Shown: positions 28,558 to 42,498 of the stretch, piece after piece
How the letters are laid out: every line of letters begins with the position of its first letter
How positions within the stretch are numbered: position 1 is the first letter of the stretch
Source of the DNA: Eledone cirrhosa
Lineage: Eukaryota
Reading direction: 5' to 3'
DNA: 64,000 bases
Assembly: GCA_964016885.1 (NCBI GenBank)
Contig: OZ024743.1
Location: 256,308,001 to 256,372,000 of the forward strand
Made by a program: the position numbers and the translations under genes
Notes under the pieces: model-generated
What the model was told of the DNA's origin: nothing
Database searches by the model: none
What the model saw: only the letters and a program-made list of their open reading frames with translations

Positions 28558-29256
28558 ATATATTCATTAATGGATACATAATCATTCTGCAAGTCTGATT
28601 TAACCAACAAAAATACGAGGATGTGCTGAAAAGTACATAGGCTGTCTATGAAGGACTGATGCTATACCTATCATGAAAAGCAATATGAAATGCAGTGTCT
28701 TGTCAAGAACACTTTTTGTGTGGTTCAGGAATCAAACTCACAACCTTTTGATTATAAGTCCAGCCCAACACCTTAATAACTGCACCATGTGACTTCCCTT
28801 CAATAATAACCTAAGTAGTTTTGGATTATGAAAGTGACAATCTTCGACTTGAAACATTAAGGAACAGATTAAAATATTAAGGACTAATTCTCACATGACG
28901 AAATATATGAAATATTGGACTGTGTGAACCAATGTATGTATACATTTAAGTGTATATATCTGTAAATGAAAATTTGATATTATTGGCCTTTTAGCCATAA
29001 ATGTAAAATGTTATCTTTATTGCAAACGCCTTCTTTAAATTATGACATCTTTTAATCCTCATCAATGTCAACTATTAATTTATTAATTTATCATCTTTAT
29101 CTTCAATGTAATTGTCAATTAAAAATCAAATTCTATTATTTATAACAACATTACCTAAATGAATCTGCAATATAATTCTTTCTAAAGTGATTTCATTTTA
29201 TATCATCTCATCTCATATAACATTGCTCTTGCATTAAATGTATATATTATCAAAAA

Positions 29257-29349
<93 letters not shown>

Positions 29350-29502
29350 TTATTAAAATAACAGATTAAAGTTTGAGCAAAGAATCGCTGCTTTCACACT
29401 TAAGAGGATCTTCTGAAACTAACAAATGGATGTTAGTCTTCAAATTTATTATTATTACTATTTGGCTCCCTCGGTTGAGCACTCTACTGACTTATATTCA
29501 TC

Positions 29503-31632
29503 ATGCAGAAATAACATCTGAATATTTCTACAAAAAACATACCCGTACCAAGCAGGAAAACATACCTAAAACTCCTGATACAGAAAATAGACGCGTTCAT
29601 TAAAAGGTTGCGTTGGCGGGCCTTTTACTTCGATAATCCGCGAAAAGCAGACAACAAACAGGATAAATTTGGATTTAAAACCTATAATAACCCCTCGTGT
29701 AACCCAGCATTGCTACCCTTCGAAAATGATGTCTTGGAACTCATTCGGAGTATCAAATTTCGGAATAGGAGCAATTCCTTCCAGCAAGACCTGAAGAATA
29801 GAATTCGTTCTATTAAGGATTCTAATGCCGTGCACGTCCATTCCGACAAAACTGGCAACCTATATCAAGTGGAGCACAGTACTTACCATCAATTACTACA
29901 TAATGCTGTAACTAAGGATTACCGTAAAACTAATCGGTGCGTCATCAATGAAATCAACGATGCTGGGTTTAAAATCACATCTGATCTCAACATCCTGGAC
30001 CGGACCGAACCTCTGGACCCTATTTCTCCCCACTTTACCCTGAAGGATCACAAATCCAATTTTCCGAACAACCCCTCTATTCGGCTTATTAACCCTACGA
30101 AGTCCGATTTAGGTAGACTTAGTAATACGATTCTTGATAGAATTATACCTGAAATTAGAAGTTTGGCCCGTCTAGCACTGTGGAACAATTCCTTCGCGGT
30201 GATTGATTGGTTCAACGGCATATGTAACAAGGAACATTGCCGTTTTATCCAATTCGACATCAACAATTACTACTCCTCCATCACTTTACCACTTCTCCTT
30301 AGAGCTATCAATTTCGCTAAAACACTCACAGTGGTTAAGGATTTCCAAGTTGATGTCATCCTCAATGCCCGAAAGTCGGTGATTAATTTCGACGACTCTA
30401 TTTGGATTAAAAAATCCAATAGTACCCCTTTCGACGTGAGTATGGGCGCCAGTGATTCTGCGGAGGTTACTGGTCTTATCGGCCTTTTCCTTCTTTTCTC
30501 TATGAAGGACGAATTCCCCAACTCGGGCGGTGGTTTGTACCGTGACGATGGTCTTTTGACCATGACTAAGTGCGGACCTCGTGCTTGCGACAGGTTCAGA
30601 AAAGAACTCACAGCCTTCTTTAAAGGCTTCAACCTCTCTATACAGGTTGAGGCCAATCTCTCGGTCGTTAATTACCTCGACGTTACCCTCAACTTATTGA
30701 ATGGGTTGTATTACCCGTATAGAAAACCGAATGATACGCTTAATTACATAAGTAAGCATTCCAACCATCCTGCCAGCATAACCAAGAACCTGATAAAAAA
30801 CGTTTCGTTGAGGCTTTCCCGTCTTTCCACCAACGAGCGTATTTTCAACGACCATTCCACTTATTACAATGAAGCTCTTGCTCGAAGTGGATTTGTCGAT
30901 AAGGTAGCATATACAGAGTACGAAAATAGACCTAGAAGAAATAGATCCCGTCGCATTTGTTGGTATAACCCACCATATAATATGGAGGTGGCCACACCAT
31001 TAGCTAAGATCTTTCTTTCCCTTATTACGAAGCATTTTCCCCCTACACATAAATATAGTAACTTTTTTAATAGAAATACTATTAAAATTTCTTACTCTAC
31101 GACTCCTAACCTTGCACATAACATCACAGCTTCAAATTTAGCTAAACTACCTAGCCGTAGGAACACGTGCAACCCTGTAGTTAGTACTAACTGTAATTGT
31201 AGGAATCGGGTTGATTGCCCCCTATCCGGGAAATGCCTCTTTAGTAACATTGTCTACAAATGTAAGGTTGTAACACCCACGTCCCGTAGCGCCTACATAG
31301 GGTTAACCGCCAATAGATTCAAGCAGCGTCTTTACATGCATACCCATTCTTTTCGTTACCCTCTAAGAAGGAATATGACGTCACTTTCAGCTTATATCTG
31401 GAGTCTAAAAGACAACCACACCCAATTTAAGTTACACTGGGAGATCCTAGCTAGGGCTAGATCGTATAACGGAAATAAAAGACCATGTGACCTCTGCGCC
31501 GCTGAGGCCCTGGAAATACTCTACGCCACAGACCACATCTTAAACAAAAAATCTGAGGCAATTTCGGCTTGTAAACATAAATTGCACAACACTTTCCTGT
31601 ATTACAGCCCCACGTTATACCCTAACGGATAG
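29503..31632 (+). CDS. Penelope-like element ORF (reverse transcriptase + Cys-rich linker + C-terminal GIY-YIG endonuclease), with a nonsense codon at codon 4
   Basis: RT motifs RLINP, FDINNYYSSI, MGASDSAEV, GLYRDDGL, NYLDVTL; WYNPPY; CNCRNRVDCPLSGKC; GIY-YIG-like IVYKC..AYIGLT..FKQRL..H, CDLC..E, LNKKSE. The frame extends upstream of the ORF-track start (ISTKNIPVPSRKTYLKLLIQKIDAFIKRLRW) to ATG 29503, interrupted by TAA at 29512-29514. Confidence 0.93.
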
Positions 31633-31815
31633 TACGATCTATACGTGGATATTTTACGTCTCGATGTGGGAGGTAAGTATATGTTTTCTTTATACCTTTA
31701 CTTATTTGCATAGCCAGCAAACGTTTCCACGAACCAAAGTATCGTCTTCCTGTCTTCCTCCGGTTGCAACGTTTTTTTGAAATATCCAGTTCTGCGTTTA
31801 CAGATTGACTTTGTT

Positions 31816-31866
31816 AGTTTCAGAAGATCCCGTTAAGGGTGAAAGCAGCGATTCTTTGCTTAAACT
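31816..31866 (+). ncRNA. Type I hammerhead-like motif in PLE pLTR (core CAGAAGA, U4A variant)
   Basis: AGUUU-CAGAAGA-U CCC GUUAA GGG U-GAAA-GCA GCGAUUCUU UGC-UU-AAACU; stems I, II and III all pair. Confidence 0.6.
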
Positions 31867-31973
31867 TTAATCTGTTATTTTAATAAATATTTGCTCTACG
31901 GTTCTTATATACTTGATATATATTTATCCTTATCGAGCCCTCTTTGGATTTTAGTCTTCAAATTTATTATTAT

Positions 31974-32042
<69 letters not shown>

Positions 32043-34419
32043 ACTCCTACATATTTTATAAACTCTTTTAAGGATTAACCCATTAATACTTTAGACACTC
32101 AGAAAATGATACAATACCATCATCATCACCTAATTTCCATTTTCTATTCTAGCAAATGTTAGATATGTCACAGATTGGACCCAAGCAGAGACTTTGACTT
32201 CAAGGTGGGCTGGGGGCCTGACATAGGATGCCATATTGTACTGGGTGCATATTATTGCGGTACTAACACTAGGGAAATTGTCAAGACTATGGCATAGCTG
32301 AAGAGTCTTTCTGACTCTATGTTTGGATGAGTTTCTATAGTTGGATGCCCTTCTGATCAGCAACCACATTAAAGAGTGTATTGGGTGTGGTTATCATGTG
32401 CATAGGATATAGTTGAAGAATCTTCCCACCCCTAGTTTTAGCAATGTTTCTTTGGTTGAATACCCTTCCTATCACTAACCAGTTTATAGGGTGTACTTGT
32501 GTTTATTATGTAGATCACCAATACTAGGAAGGTTGTTTGGAAAATCTTTTACATTTAGATGCTCTTCTCATCACTCCCCTCATATCCTAGAAATAAATCT
32601 AAGACTGATAACAAGAATTCTCTGAATAAATTATTATCTGCCTAAGTTACTTATTTTTTTCTTTATTTAATCAATTTAAACATCTGTATGGGGCTAGTAA
32701 ACCCTGGCAGACTAGGAGAAGTATCTAGTACCCCCTACAATTAAGAAACAATAAAGAGAGACAGATAGAGACAAAAAAGCGAAGAACAGTAGGCAAAAGA
32801 ATCACACTGTGCCCGCAAGAAAACATATGTATATATCATCATCATCATTTTACATCTGTTTCCCATGCTGGCATGGATTGAGCAGGTCTTTACAGCTTAG
32901 GTCAGTACTTATGTGGGGTCACCATCCACCTAGATGGATTGGGGTGAAGTAGTTGTGAAGGATGACTTCAAGAAACTGACTGTTATGACAGAGATTACAC
33001 AGGATTGAGCCACAATATGCCATAATACAAAAGATACATCCACCTCTACAAGCACTACAAATTTGGGTGTAATATTGTAAGAGACTGAAGGCTACAGTGT
33101 TGGAAAGAAAACAGACATTGTAGAGTTTGAGAGGATTCTTTAGTCTGTATGAACATGTGTCAACTTCTCTAGTACTGGTGTCATGATAAAATGTACACAA
33201 TACAACTTGTAAAGTAGTAGTGATGGAACCCTGAAAACCACATTCTTGTCATTATACTGTTATCACGCCCCAACATATTGGCACTTACCAACAACATCAT
33301 ACTTATTTTCATTTCTACACAACTTATCAATCTACGGCCCACCCCATGTAGATTAGAGAAGGTTCTTCAGTTGAGTCAATGACAGACTAGTAATGATGTC
33401 ATGATAAAATGCGCTCTGTACACTCTGTAAAGTTGTTTGTGAGAGGAAAGAAGGGCATTTGGCTGTAGAAACAATGCCACAATGGGTTGAGAAGATACTT
33501 CATTGGTGTCAAAGACACAACAACCCCTCCAGTGTTGGTGACATGATAAAATGCACCTGGTATTTTTTGTTAAGTGGTTGGTGATAGGAATGGTAACAAG
33601 TCATAGAAAACTTGTTAAGCAAAGGGTAGAGTGGACTCACCAATGTTGTCAATGAAATGATGATTTCTCTTTTACAAGTGTTCTGATATCATATATATAC
33701 GTATACACACACATATGTGTGTGGATATGTATATATACACACATATATATATGTGTGAATATATATATATGATAATATATATATATGTATGTATTCTCAC
33801 ATATATGTGTATGTGTCTGGTGTATGCAAGCATGTGTCTTTTTCAATGCACATGTCAGTGTACATCTGAGTTTGTGTTATATATCTATGTATGCATACAT
33901 GTATATGTGTCCTTGCATTTTTTTTCTATTTCAAATTCACTGTCATCCTTGCAAACAATAAAAGGCATTCAAACTTTCAAACATTCAAAATTCAACATTC
34001 AACATTCAACATTCAACATATTTTTTCCCCCCAATTTTTCTCTATACATATAACTACATATGACAATGACAATAATATTGTAATATTATTGTACAGCAAA
34101 CTTATTAAATAGATATTCAATTGTTCAAAAATGCCTTTGAACAACATATTGCTCCCAGCAACATATACCAATTTCTCCTACCCTACATTGTCAGAACGTA
34201 TTGTTGCTATATCTATAGAATTTTCCTACAAATATTATTTTTTTAACACATCTTCACAGAGAATGTGTTAAACACCATCATCATCACATGCTGTTGTTAT
34301 TAGAGCAGTATTTTCAATACTTATTGTTGTCATTGATGTTAGAGCAGTATTTTCAATGCTTATTGTTGTTATTGCTGCTGTAGTTGTCGCTGATGTTACA
34401 ACAGTATTTTATTGCTTGT

Positions 34420-36175
34420 TGTTGGTTTTGTTGTAGCAATATATTCAATGTTGTTATTGTTGTAGATGTATTTTCAATGCTTGTTGTTATTGTTGTAGTA
34501 GTATCTTCAATGTTGTTGTGTTGTAGCAATACATTCAATGTTGTTATTGTTATTGTAGCAATACGTTCAATGTTGTTGTTATTATTGTAGCAATACGTTC
34601 AATGTTGTTGTTATTATTGTAACAATGCATTCAATGTTGTTGCTATTGTAACAATATATTCAATGTTGTTGCTATTGTAACAATATATTCAATGTTGTTG
34701 CTATTGTAACAGTATATTCAATGTTGTTGCTATTGTAACAGTATATTTAATGTTGTTGCTATTGTAACAATATATTTAATGTTGTTGCTATTGTAACAGT
34801 ATATTCAATGTTGTTGCTATTGTAACAATATATTTAATGTGGTTGCTATTGTAACAATATATTTAATGTTGTTGCTATTGTAACAATATATTCAATGTTG
34901 TTGCTATTGTAACAGTATATTCAATGTTGTTGCTATTGTAACAGTATATTCAATGTTGTTGCTATTGTAACAGTATATTTAATGTTGTTGCTATTGTAAC
35001 AATATATTCAATGTTGTCGCTATTGTAACAATATATTCAATGTTGTTGCTATTGTAACAATATATTCAATGTTGTTGCTATTGTAACAGTATATTCAATG
35101 TTGTTGCTATTGTAACAATATATTTAATGTTGTTGCTATTGTAACAGTATATTCAATGTTGTTGCTATTGTAACAATATATTTAATGCTGTTGCTATTGT
35201 AACAATATATTCAATGTTGTTGCTATTGTAACAATATATTTAATGTTGTTGCTATTGTAACAATATATTTAATGTTGTTGCTATTGTAACAATATATTCA
35301 ATGTTGTTGCTATTGTAACAATATATTTAATGTTGTTGCTATTGTAACAATATATTTAATGTTGTTGCTATTGTAACAGTATGTTCAATGTTGTTGCTAT
35401 TGTAACAGTATATTCAATGTTGTTGCTATTGTAACAGTATATTTAATGTTGTTGCTATTGTAACAGTATATTCAATGTTGTTGCTATTGTAACAGTATAT
35501 TTAATGTTGTTGCTATTGTAACAGTATATTCAATGTTGTTGCTATTGTAACAGTATATTTAATGTTGTTGCTATTGTAACAGTATATTTAATGTTGTTGC
35601 TATTGTAACAGTATATTTAATGTTGTTGCTATTGTAACAGTATATTCAATGTTGTTGCTATTGTAACAATATATTTAATGTTGTTGCTATTGTAACAGTA
35701 TATTCAATGTTGTTGCTATTGTAACAGTATATTCAATGTTGTTGCTATTGTAACAGTATATTTAATGTTGTTGCTATTGTAACAATATATTCAATGTTGT
35801 TGCTATTGTAACAATATATTTAATGTTGTTGCTATTGTAACAATATATTTAATGTTGTTGCTGTTGTAACAATATATTTAAATATTGTTGCTATTGTAAC
35901 AATATATTCAATGTTGTTGCTATTGTAACAGTATATTCAATGTTGTTGCTGTTGTAACAATATATTCAATGTTGTTGCTATTGTAACAATATATTTAATG
36001 TTGTTGCTATTGTAGAAATATATTTAAAGTGGTTGCTATTGTAGAAATATATTTAAAGTTGTTGCTATTGTAGAAATATATTTAATGTTGTTGCTATTGT
36101 AGAAATATATTTAAAGTTGTCATTATTGTAGCAATATATTTAATGTTGTTGCTATTGTAGCAATATATTTAAAGC
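34420..36175. repeat. 29-bp minisatellite (~60 units) AATGTTGTTGCTATTGTAACA(A/G)TATATT(C/T)
   Basis: Direct 29-bp periodicity; homogeneous centre, degenerate edges. Confidence 0.95.
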
Positions 36176-36569
36176 TGTTTAATGTTGACCTTAATTCTAG
36201 TGGGATTTCATAAATAACTTCTCAACGGTTTTTCTTTTTTGGTGGGTAGAGAAATAGTGAGAAGGGGGAGGAATCAACCCCAGTTTGGCTAGGTACTTCT
36301 TTTATCAACCTTGAAAGACAAAGCGACCTTCGTAGGATTTGATCTTAAAGTGCAGAGTTGGAACAAATACTGCAAAGCATTCTATCTGACATTCTAAAGA
36401 CTGTCAATTCACCCCCTGCTTAGAATTACTAATAATATCAAAACAAAAAGAAGGAAGCTGTCCTTATTACCAAATGTAATGACAATACCATCATCAAATA
36501 TATCTATATTAGAGAAAAGGCATGTATTATAAACTTGAATTATCCCAATATCAGTTTCAATATCAAATA

Positions 36570-36747
36570 TTTCATCTATACTCAATCATTTAAAATTCAA
36601 CATCTTAGTTTTAGTTTAATTTGACATACCAACACACTAAACGTTCTGTTTCTAGTAGTTCTAGAGGTAGAATGATTAGTGTGTTGGTATATTGAATTAC
36701 ACTAAAAACTAAGGCGTTGAATTTGATGTGTTTGTGTATTGATGAAA
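36570..36747. repeat. Long imperfect inverted repeat
   Basis: ~85-bp arms around a TAGTT loop. Confidence 0.8.
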
Positions 36748-36992
36748 CATCATAAAGAGAAACAATCACTATTGCAAAACATAACAACTGAAAAAGAATA
36801 TTTTTAATTTTGCATATTTATTCTGATTATTCAAGACAGAATACACCAGGTCCGAGCACAAAGGAACCAAACTCACACTGTCACTACCTCCATCTCTCTT
36901 GCTTTCCCCATCTCTCACTATTATGATCAAAAGGGGGCCCACGCATTGGCCACCCCATGATTGATTACATATAGCTATATCAGAGAGAGAGG

Positions 36993-37072
<80 letters not shown>

Positions 37073-37099
37073 ATACCAACATCTCCTTAATTCAGGCAC

Positions 37100-37226
37100 T
37101 TTATTTTCTCTGCTAGAGCAAGAGTTTGCCTTGTAAGTACTCATAGGGTCCTTTTGCAGGCAATGCTTTGTTTCTTGGCACCAACCTTTTTAGTTTCCTC
37201 ATTGAACACACAGGAATACAGTACCC
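37100..37226 (-). other. Candidate terminal exon
   Basis: Acceptor attttgttttgcatag|, 37 open codons to TAG (37113-37115), AATAAA at 37100-37105. Confidence 0.3.
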
Positions 37227-37987
37227 CTATGCAAAACAAAATATACACAACAAATGACAACATTAACAAAAATAGCATCAAGTACAATTAAATAGCAACA
37301 GCGACAACATAAAATATCAATCATTTCAAAATAAAATCCAGTCCAAAACTCTCAAAAATTCTGCTTCAAAGTTTTACCATTCATTGTAAAAAAAAACAAA
37401 AAAAAAGATCCCCCACAATAGTTTCTAGTATTGGTGACTATAAAAACAAATAAAAATTGATCAGGAATTCTATAGAAAAGCAGAGTAGAAAGGATTGAAG
37501 TTATGATACTAACAAAGCCAGGGAATTGATAAAAGAAAAACCCCAAAATATCAAAGTATAAATGAAATACCAGAGAAACAAAAGCAGTAGATGATTTAAT
37601 CATGAAAGCAAAAATATACTTTTCTCTCAATAACAATTAAAAATTTCTATTCATTATTCAAAAGAATAATGACATAAAATTTAAACAATTCAATCTATTT
37701 GTGATTATGATTATTATTTGATATTTTAATGAAATATGTGTCACTATTTTGGCCTGAGATCTATATAGCAGGTTTTCTGGTTTTGTGTGAACAACATTTC
37801 TATATGAAAGCATACCTAAATACATAACTGGCAGAAGCAGCAATAACAACAGCAACTTAATAATAATGAGTGCAACAACAACAATGTTGACAATACAAAA
37901 GATGAACATTTTGCTATATACTATGGATTTCACATTTTAATTATATTAAAACAAAGAACATTGTATACGCATATATATATATATAAT

Positions 37988-38044
<57 letters not shown>

Positions 38045-38050
38045 AATATA

Positions 38051-38086
<36 letters not shown>

Positions 38087-38399
38087 CATACATATATATA
38101 AATATACATATACATACACACAAACACACACACATAGATATAGATATATAGTCGTTTATATTTTTGAAATATATATGCATACATATTTATATATACAGGT
38201 GTGTCTGAGTGTGTGAAAGGATATAAGTATGTATGTATAATTGAGTCATTATATCTATGCACATAATATAAAATTTAAATTATATATATTTTAAATATTA
38301 TACTCTGTACCACAATATAATTCATATATTCACATATATATATGTTTATAGCAAGGCATGTCTATTATGTATATACATTCAAAGATACGAATATACATG

Positions 38400-38430
<31 letters not shown>

Positions 38431-38759
38431 TAATGATGTAATGAAAGGTAATCCGATGGCTGCAAGCAAAATACTTTGAATCTTTGACTTATTTTCTGAA
38501 CATTTCAAATATTTCAATGTAAGTTGTAATCTGTAAACCTTTTTTTACGATGTAATGTATTTACCACGGGGTCTTCTCTATAATGTTCGTTTACACACAA
38601 ACACACTCACACACATATATATATATATATAAACATATGTACATAATATATATATATATTGATAATTTCATACTGGAAGTGCTAGTTCCGAAATAAAATG
38701 TACTGAGTATAAACTGCAAAGCAGTTGTTGTTAGAAAAGTGTGTCCAGAGAAAAATTCA

Positions 38760-39150
38760 CAGGTGAGAATTGTCTTCCGCACGAGGCATCGACTGTCAGA
38801 ATGTGTTTTTTGAACTAGATCTCATTGGGAGAGAAGACCTGTCACTTAAAGCTTAGGTTGAAAGAAAGGTCTCAGTGGATGGTGCAAACTTATGTGCCAA
38901 ACAGAGAGCCTGAACACAAATCTTTCCTTGATAGAGTCACTGCAGCATTAGATACAGTTATGACTAGGTCATATATCAAAATGGGAGATATCAATGTACA
39001 TGTTGGCTCTGACTACCTGTCATTGAAATGAATGCTGTGTAGAAAGAACAGTAATCCCAATCTAAATATGAATGGAGAAGCTTTATTAAACTTCTATTCT
39101 AGTAATGTGCCTCCTATTATGATCATCTTCTTGCACAAAGACATGGTGGG
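38760..39150 (+). mobile_element. LINE AP-endonuclease remnant (RTE-like)
   Basis: VQTYVPN..MGDINVHVG..NLNMNGEALLNF. Confidence 0.6.
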
Positions 39151-39869
39151 GAACTGGGTGACAGGAGAATCTTTTTGTTCAATATAGAGGTCAAAGAGCC
39201 ATCCAAGCAAAAGAATCTTAAAAAGCAAGGCTTGGAAATAAGTCCTCTTACTTGCATTTGAAGTACAATGATGCATGAAAAGTTGCAGCAGAGACAGTAT
39301 AGGTATCCTAAGTTAAGACATTGGTGGACTTCGGTGTTTAACTGGAATCAGACCTCAGATCAACAAATAAAGTGTCCTGGCAGACCATCCATCCATCCAT
39401 CCATATCCTAATAAGAATTTCTACTCCACACTTGCTATTAGAAACGTGTCTGGAGTTCTCCCTTCTTCAGCGTTGTCTCATGCTGGATTCCCTTCCTAAT
39501 GCCAATCACATTACAATGAGAACAGCATGTTTTGACATAGCACCAAAATGACCATCTAACAGGGTAGCAACTATATAGATTATACACAATATAGAAACAC
39601 AATATGGACAATATAAAACAAAGTCAACATTGAAAGGAATTAGGTGACACAGAGAGTAGCAAGAATGGTCATTGAAAAGTTCATAGATTGTATGATGAAA
39701 GAGCTTTAACAATCAACTATGACAATTAAATAACTAACTAGTTACTAATTTAATTGAAGTGAAACGCAATTAGTGCATGTGTTTTTATTTGTAGCATAAC
39801 AGTTCCAAATATAACCTATATTTCAATATACTATTTTACAACAAAAATCTGGCAAAACAAATATAAAAC

Positions 39870-39964
<95 letters not shown>

Positions 39965-39966
<2 letters not shown>

Positions 39967-40157
39967 TCCTGGGTTCAAATGGAAGTAACCACAGTAAGTA
40001 AGGTACTCAATACATTAGTAGAGTGTAAACAACAAATTTAATATAGAAATGGCTTCTACAGGACTAGAACTCTTTCATTCGAAGCTTTCCTGATAATTTC
40101 CTTCCAATGAAACTTCTAGTCCAGTAGAAGCCATTTCTATATTAAATTTGTTATTTA
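39965..40157 (-). mobile_element. PLE pLTR-type fold-back remnant between (TG)n and (TA)n
   Basis: Inverted arms ~40026-40079 / 40106-40157; GAAACUUCUAGUC half-hammerhead; tail motif shared with 870-1040. Confidence 0.55.
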
Positions 40158-40181
40158 TATATATAAATATATATACATATA

Positions 40182-40440
40182 TAATGGAATAAGATGGTTG
40201 GGTCACATGTCGAGGAATGGTGAAAGTGACTTAGTGAGATGAATGATCAAAATGAATGTGGAAGGAGGCACAGGATAGGGAAGAACAAAAAACATATAGC
40301 TAAAGATGGTGGAGATGAAAATGAAAGCCAGGGCTTTAGTGAGGGGACACAGACAATAGGATTAAATGGAGGAACTTATGATATCCTCACTCCTAAATTC
40401 ACAAGAGAACCACAGCTTTACTATGGAAATTGTGTTTAAA
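40182..40440 (+). mobile_element. RTE 3' remnant
   Basis: IRWLGHMSR..NVEG..GRTK. Confidence 0.5.
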
Positions 40441-40713
40441 ACATTTGTTATATGATAAATCAAAAGACGACCAGATACAGCGATAGACAAGATTTGACAA
40501 ATTGATAATGGATTACACTACTAAAGTGTTGAATGAATTACTTCAAACATGATGAGTTGAATAGTCAAATAAACAAACCCAAAATATTCTCCTCAACCCA
40601 CACCCACATCTGCACATTTTGGTGAGGTAATAAATTTCCATATTACTGACTTCCCAGTTTCCCTTGTTATATATTCACAACTCTGAATATATATATATGC
40701 ATACATCTATAAA

Positions 40714-40797
<84 letters not shown>

Positions 40798-41595
40798 TAT
40801 ATCTACATATATATCTCTCTCTGTATATATATCTATATCTATATATCTATATATATATATATATGAGTACAACAAATGATGATGATATACACACACATAC
40901 ATACCTATGTACATATATATGTATGAACATGTATTACTATATCAAATAGTCATTTTTTATCTGTTACTTGAAATTTAATTTATTCCACACAGACAGCATT
41001 TATATATGATGTGTGGCTTTGATTGGGTTTGTTTTTGTGTCTTCTGGTTTAAGAATATTTCTTGTCAATTTCTAATTAAATGAATAGTAAACACTGAATT
41101 TCCTCTTTGCTAACTTGAAAAACAATTTTCCCATTTATCGTCACTAATTGCATATTCATTCATTTATTTATATATATATTTATTTATTTATTCTTTTACG
41201 TGTCTTTTGTGTTGTGCAGCAATTATTTTATTTCAAATTCCTTGTATAAATTTCTACTTCAGTCTTAATTAATTTTCAAATGTACGATTTAATCAAATCA
41301 CCCACTGCTATTATTCTGTTGGAAGCCATTCTAAACTTCGTTTTGTCTCAGGCGTAGTTTTATATTCTCAGATATCTTTTACAGATCACATCATCACACA
41401 CAGACAACTTGTAAAGACAACTTGTAAAAATGATCAACATTTAGCAGATATACAGACAGATATGTATTTACTAAACACTTTGTACTGTTAGTGTGCATGA
41501 ACAACAAAAGAGGGATGTGTACTAGCAGACAAAGATATATATATCAACTAAACATTGTGTAATATTTGAGTGTGTGCATAACAAAAATGGATGTG

Positions 41596-41631
<36 letters not shown>

Positions 41632-41789
41632 CTATATATATATAGCTAGATATATATATAGCTACTAAACATTGTGTATTTGAGTGTGTGTGTTTACAAC
41701 AAAGCAGAGATGTGATGAAAGAATACAAAATACTGGGTGCAGGTGAAAGAATCAGATGTGTGCAGGAATCAGAAGTCACGGAATCAGAA

Positions 41790-42115
41790 TTCATATATAT
41801 ATGGCTACAGATGATTTATGAGAGCAACTGAGTATGTGTATAAGAAATATCAGCTGGAGCCTGCAGGAGAGAAGCCACCCCTGGTATGAACAATGACTGA
41901 AGAATGTCATGAGTTACATATGAAAGAAAGCTGCAGAGGTAGCAGGCCTCGGAAGATCTGCAAAGAGGTGATGAATGCCAAATTCATGTTACTAAACCCC
42001 ACAAAGGAGATAACACAGGAAAGAGAAAACTTGGTTGAAGCTGTATTGGAAAGGAGTTGTCTTATTCATGCAACCATAGAATAAGAGATGTTAAAATGCT
42101 GCTGCTAATGATGAT
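41790..42115 (+). mobile_element. RTE 3' remnant
   Basis: RGSRPRKICKEV; degenerate RTE tail. Confidence 0.5.
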
Positions 42116-42334
42116 AATATGTACAAGCTTTTTAAGATCATTTTCCTTGCTAAAACATAGGTTAAACTTATAAGCACTATTACAGCATATAGAACAAGCA
42201 TGAAATGCTTTATATAGATATAATATAAATGTATTTTTCACACATACATATATATCTTACATACAATTACATACATACATGCTCTGACATTAAATAGGCA
42301 TATTGTGAATGAAATAAAACATACAGCACATAAT

Positions 42335-42498
42335 TGTTTCTACTTTAGGCACAAGGCCAGTGCATTACTGGTACTTTATTTTATCGACCCCGTAAGGATG
42401 AAAGGCAAAGTCAACCTCGGCGGGATTTGAACTCAGATCGTAAAGGGACGTAACTATGCTGGAAAGCATGGTGTCCGACCCTCTACCGATACTGCCAA
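42335..42498 (-). mobile_element. SINE, same family, 14-bp TSD
   Basis: TSD atacagcacataat at 42321-42334 and 42498-42511. Confidence 0.88.

Larger units (their letters stand above)
29346..31978 (+). mobile_element. Near full-length Penelope-like retroelement inserted in (TA)n, with inverted 5' pLTR fragment
   Basis: 29346-29426 is the reverse complement of 31810-31890; 29427-29460 directly repeats the 3' terminus 31945-31978; long (TA)n on both sides. Confidence 0.92.

Noticed and set aside
28615-28650. Mariner-like TIR start (tacgaggatgtgctgaaaagt)
   Set aside because: No partner TIR or transposase found.
34420-36175. CRISPR-like periodicity
   Set aside because: Contiguous units with no unique spacers; eukaryotic context, no cas genes.
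37740-37815. Kinase-like NVVHTKPENLLY on the minus strand
   Set aside because: Lacks HRD and DFG, and no other kinase exons are seen; probably chance.
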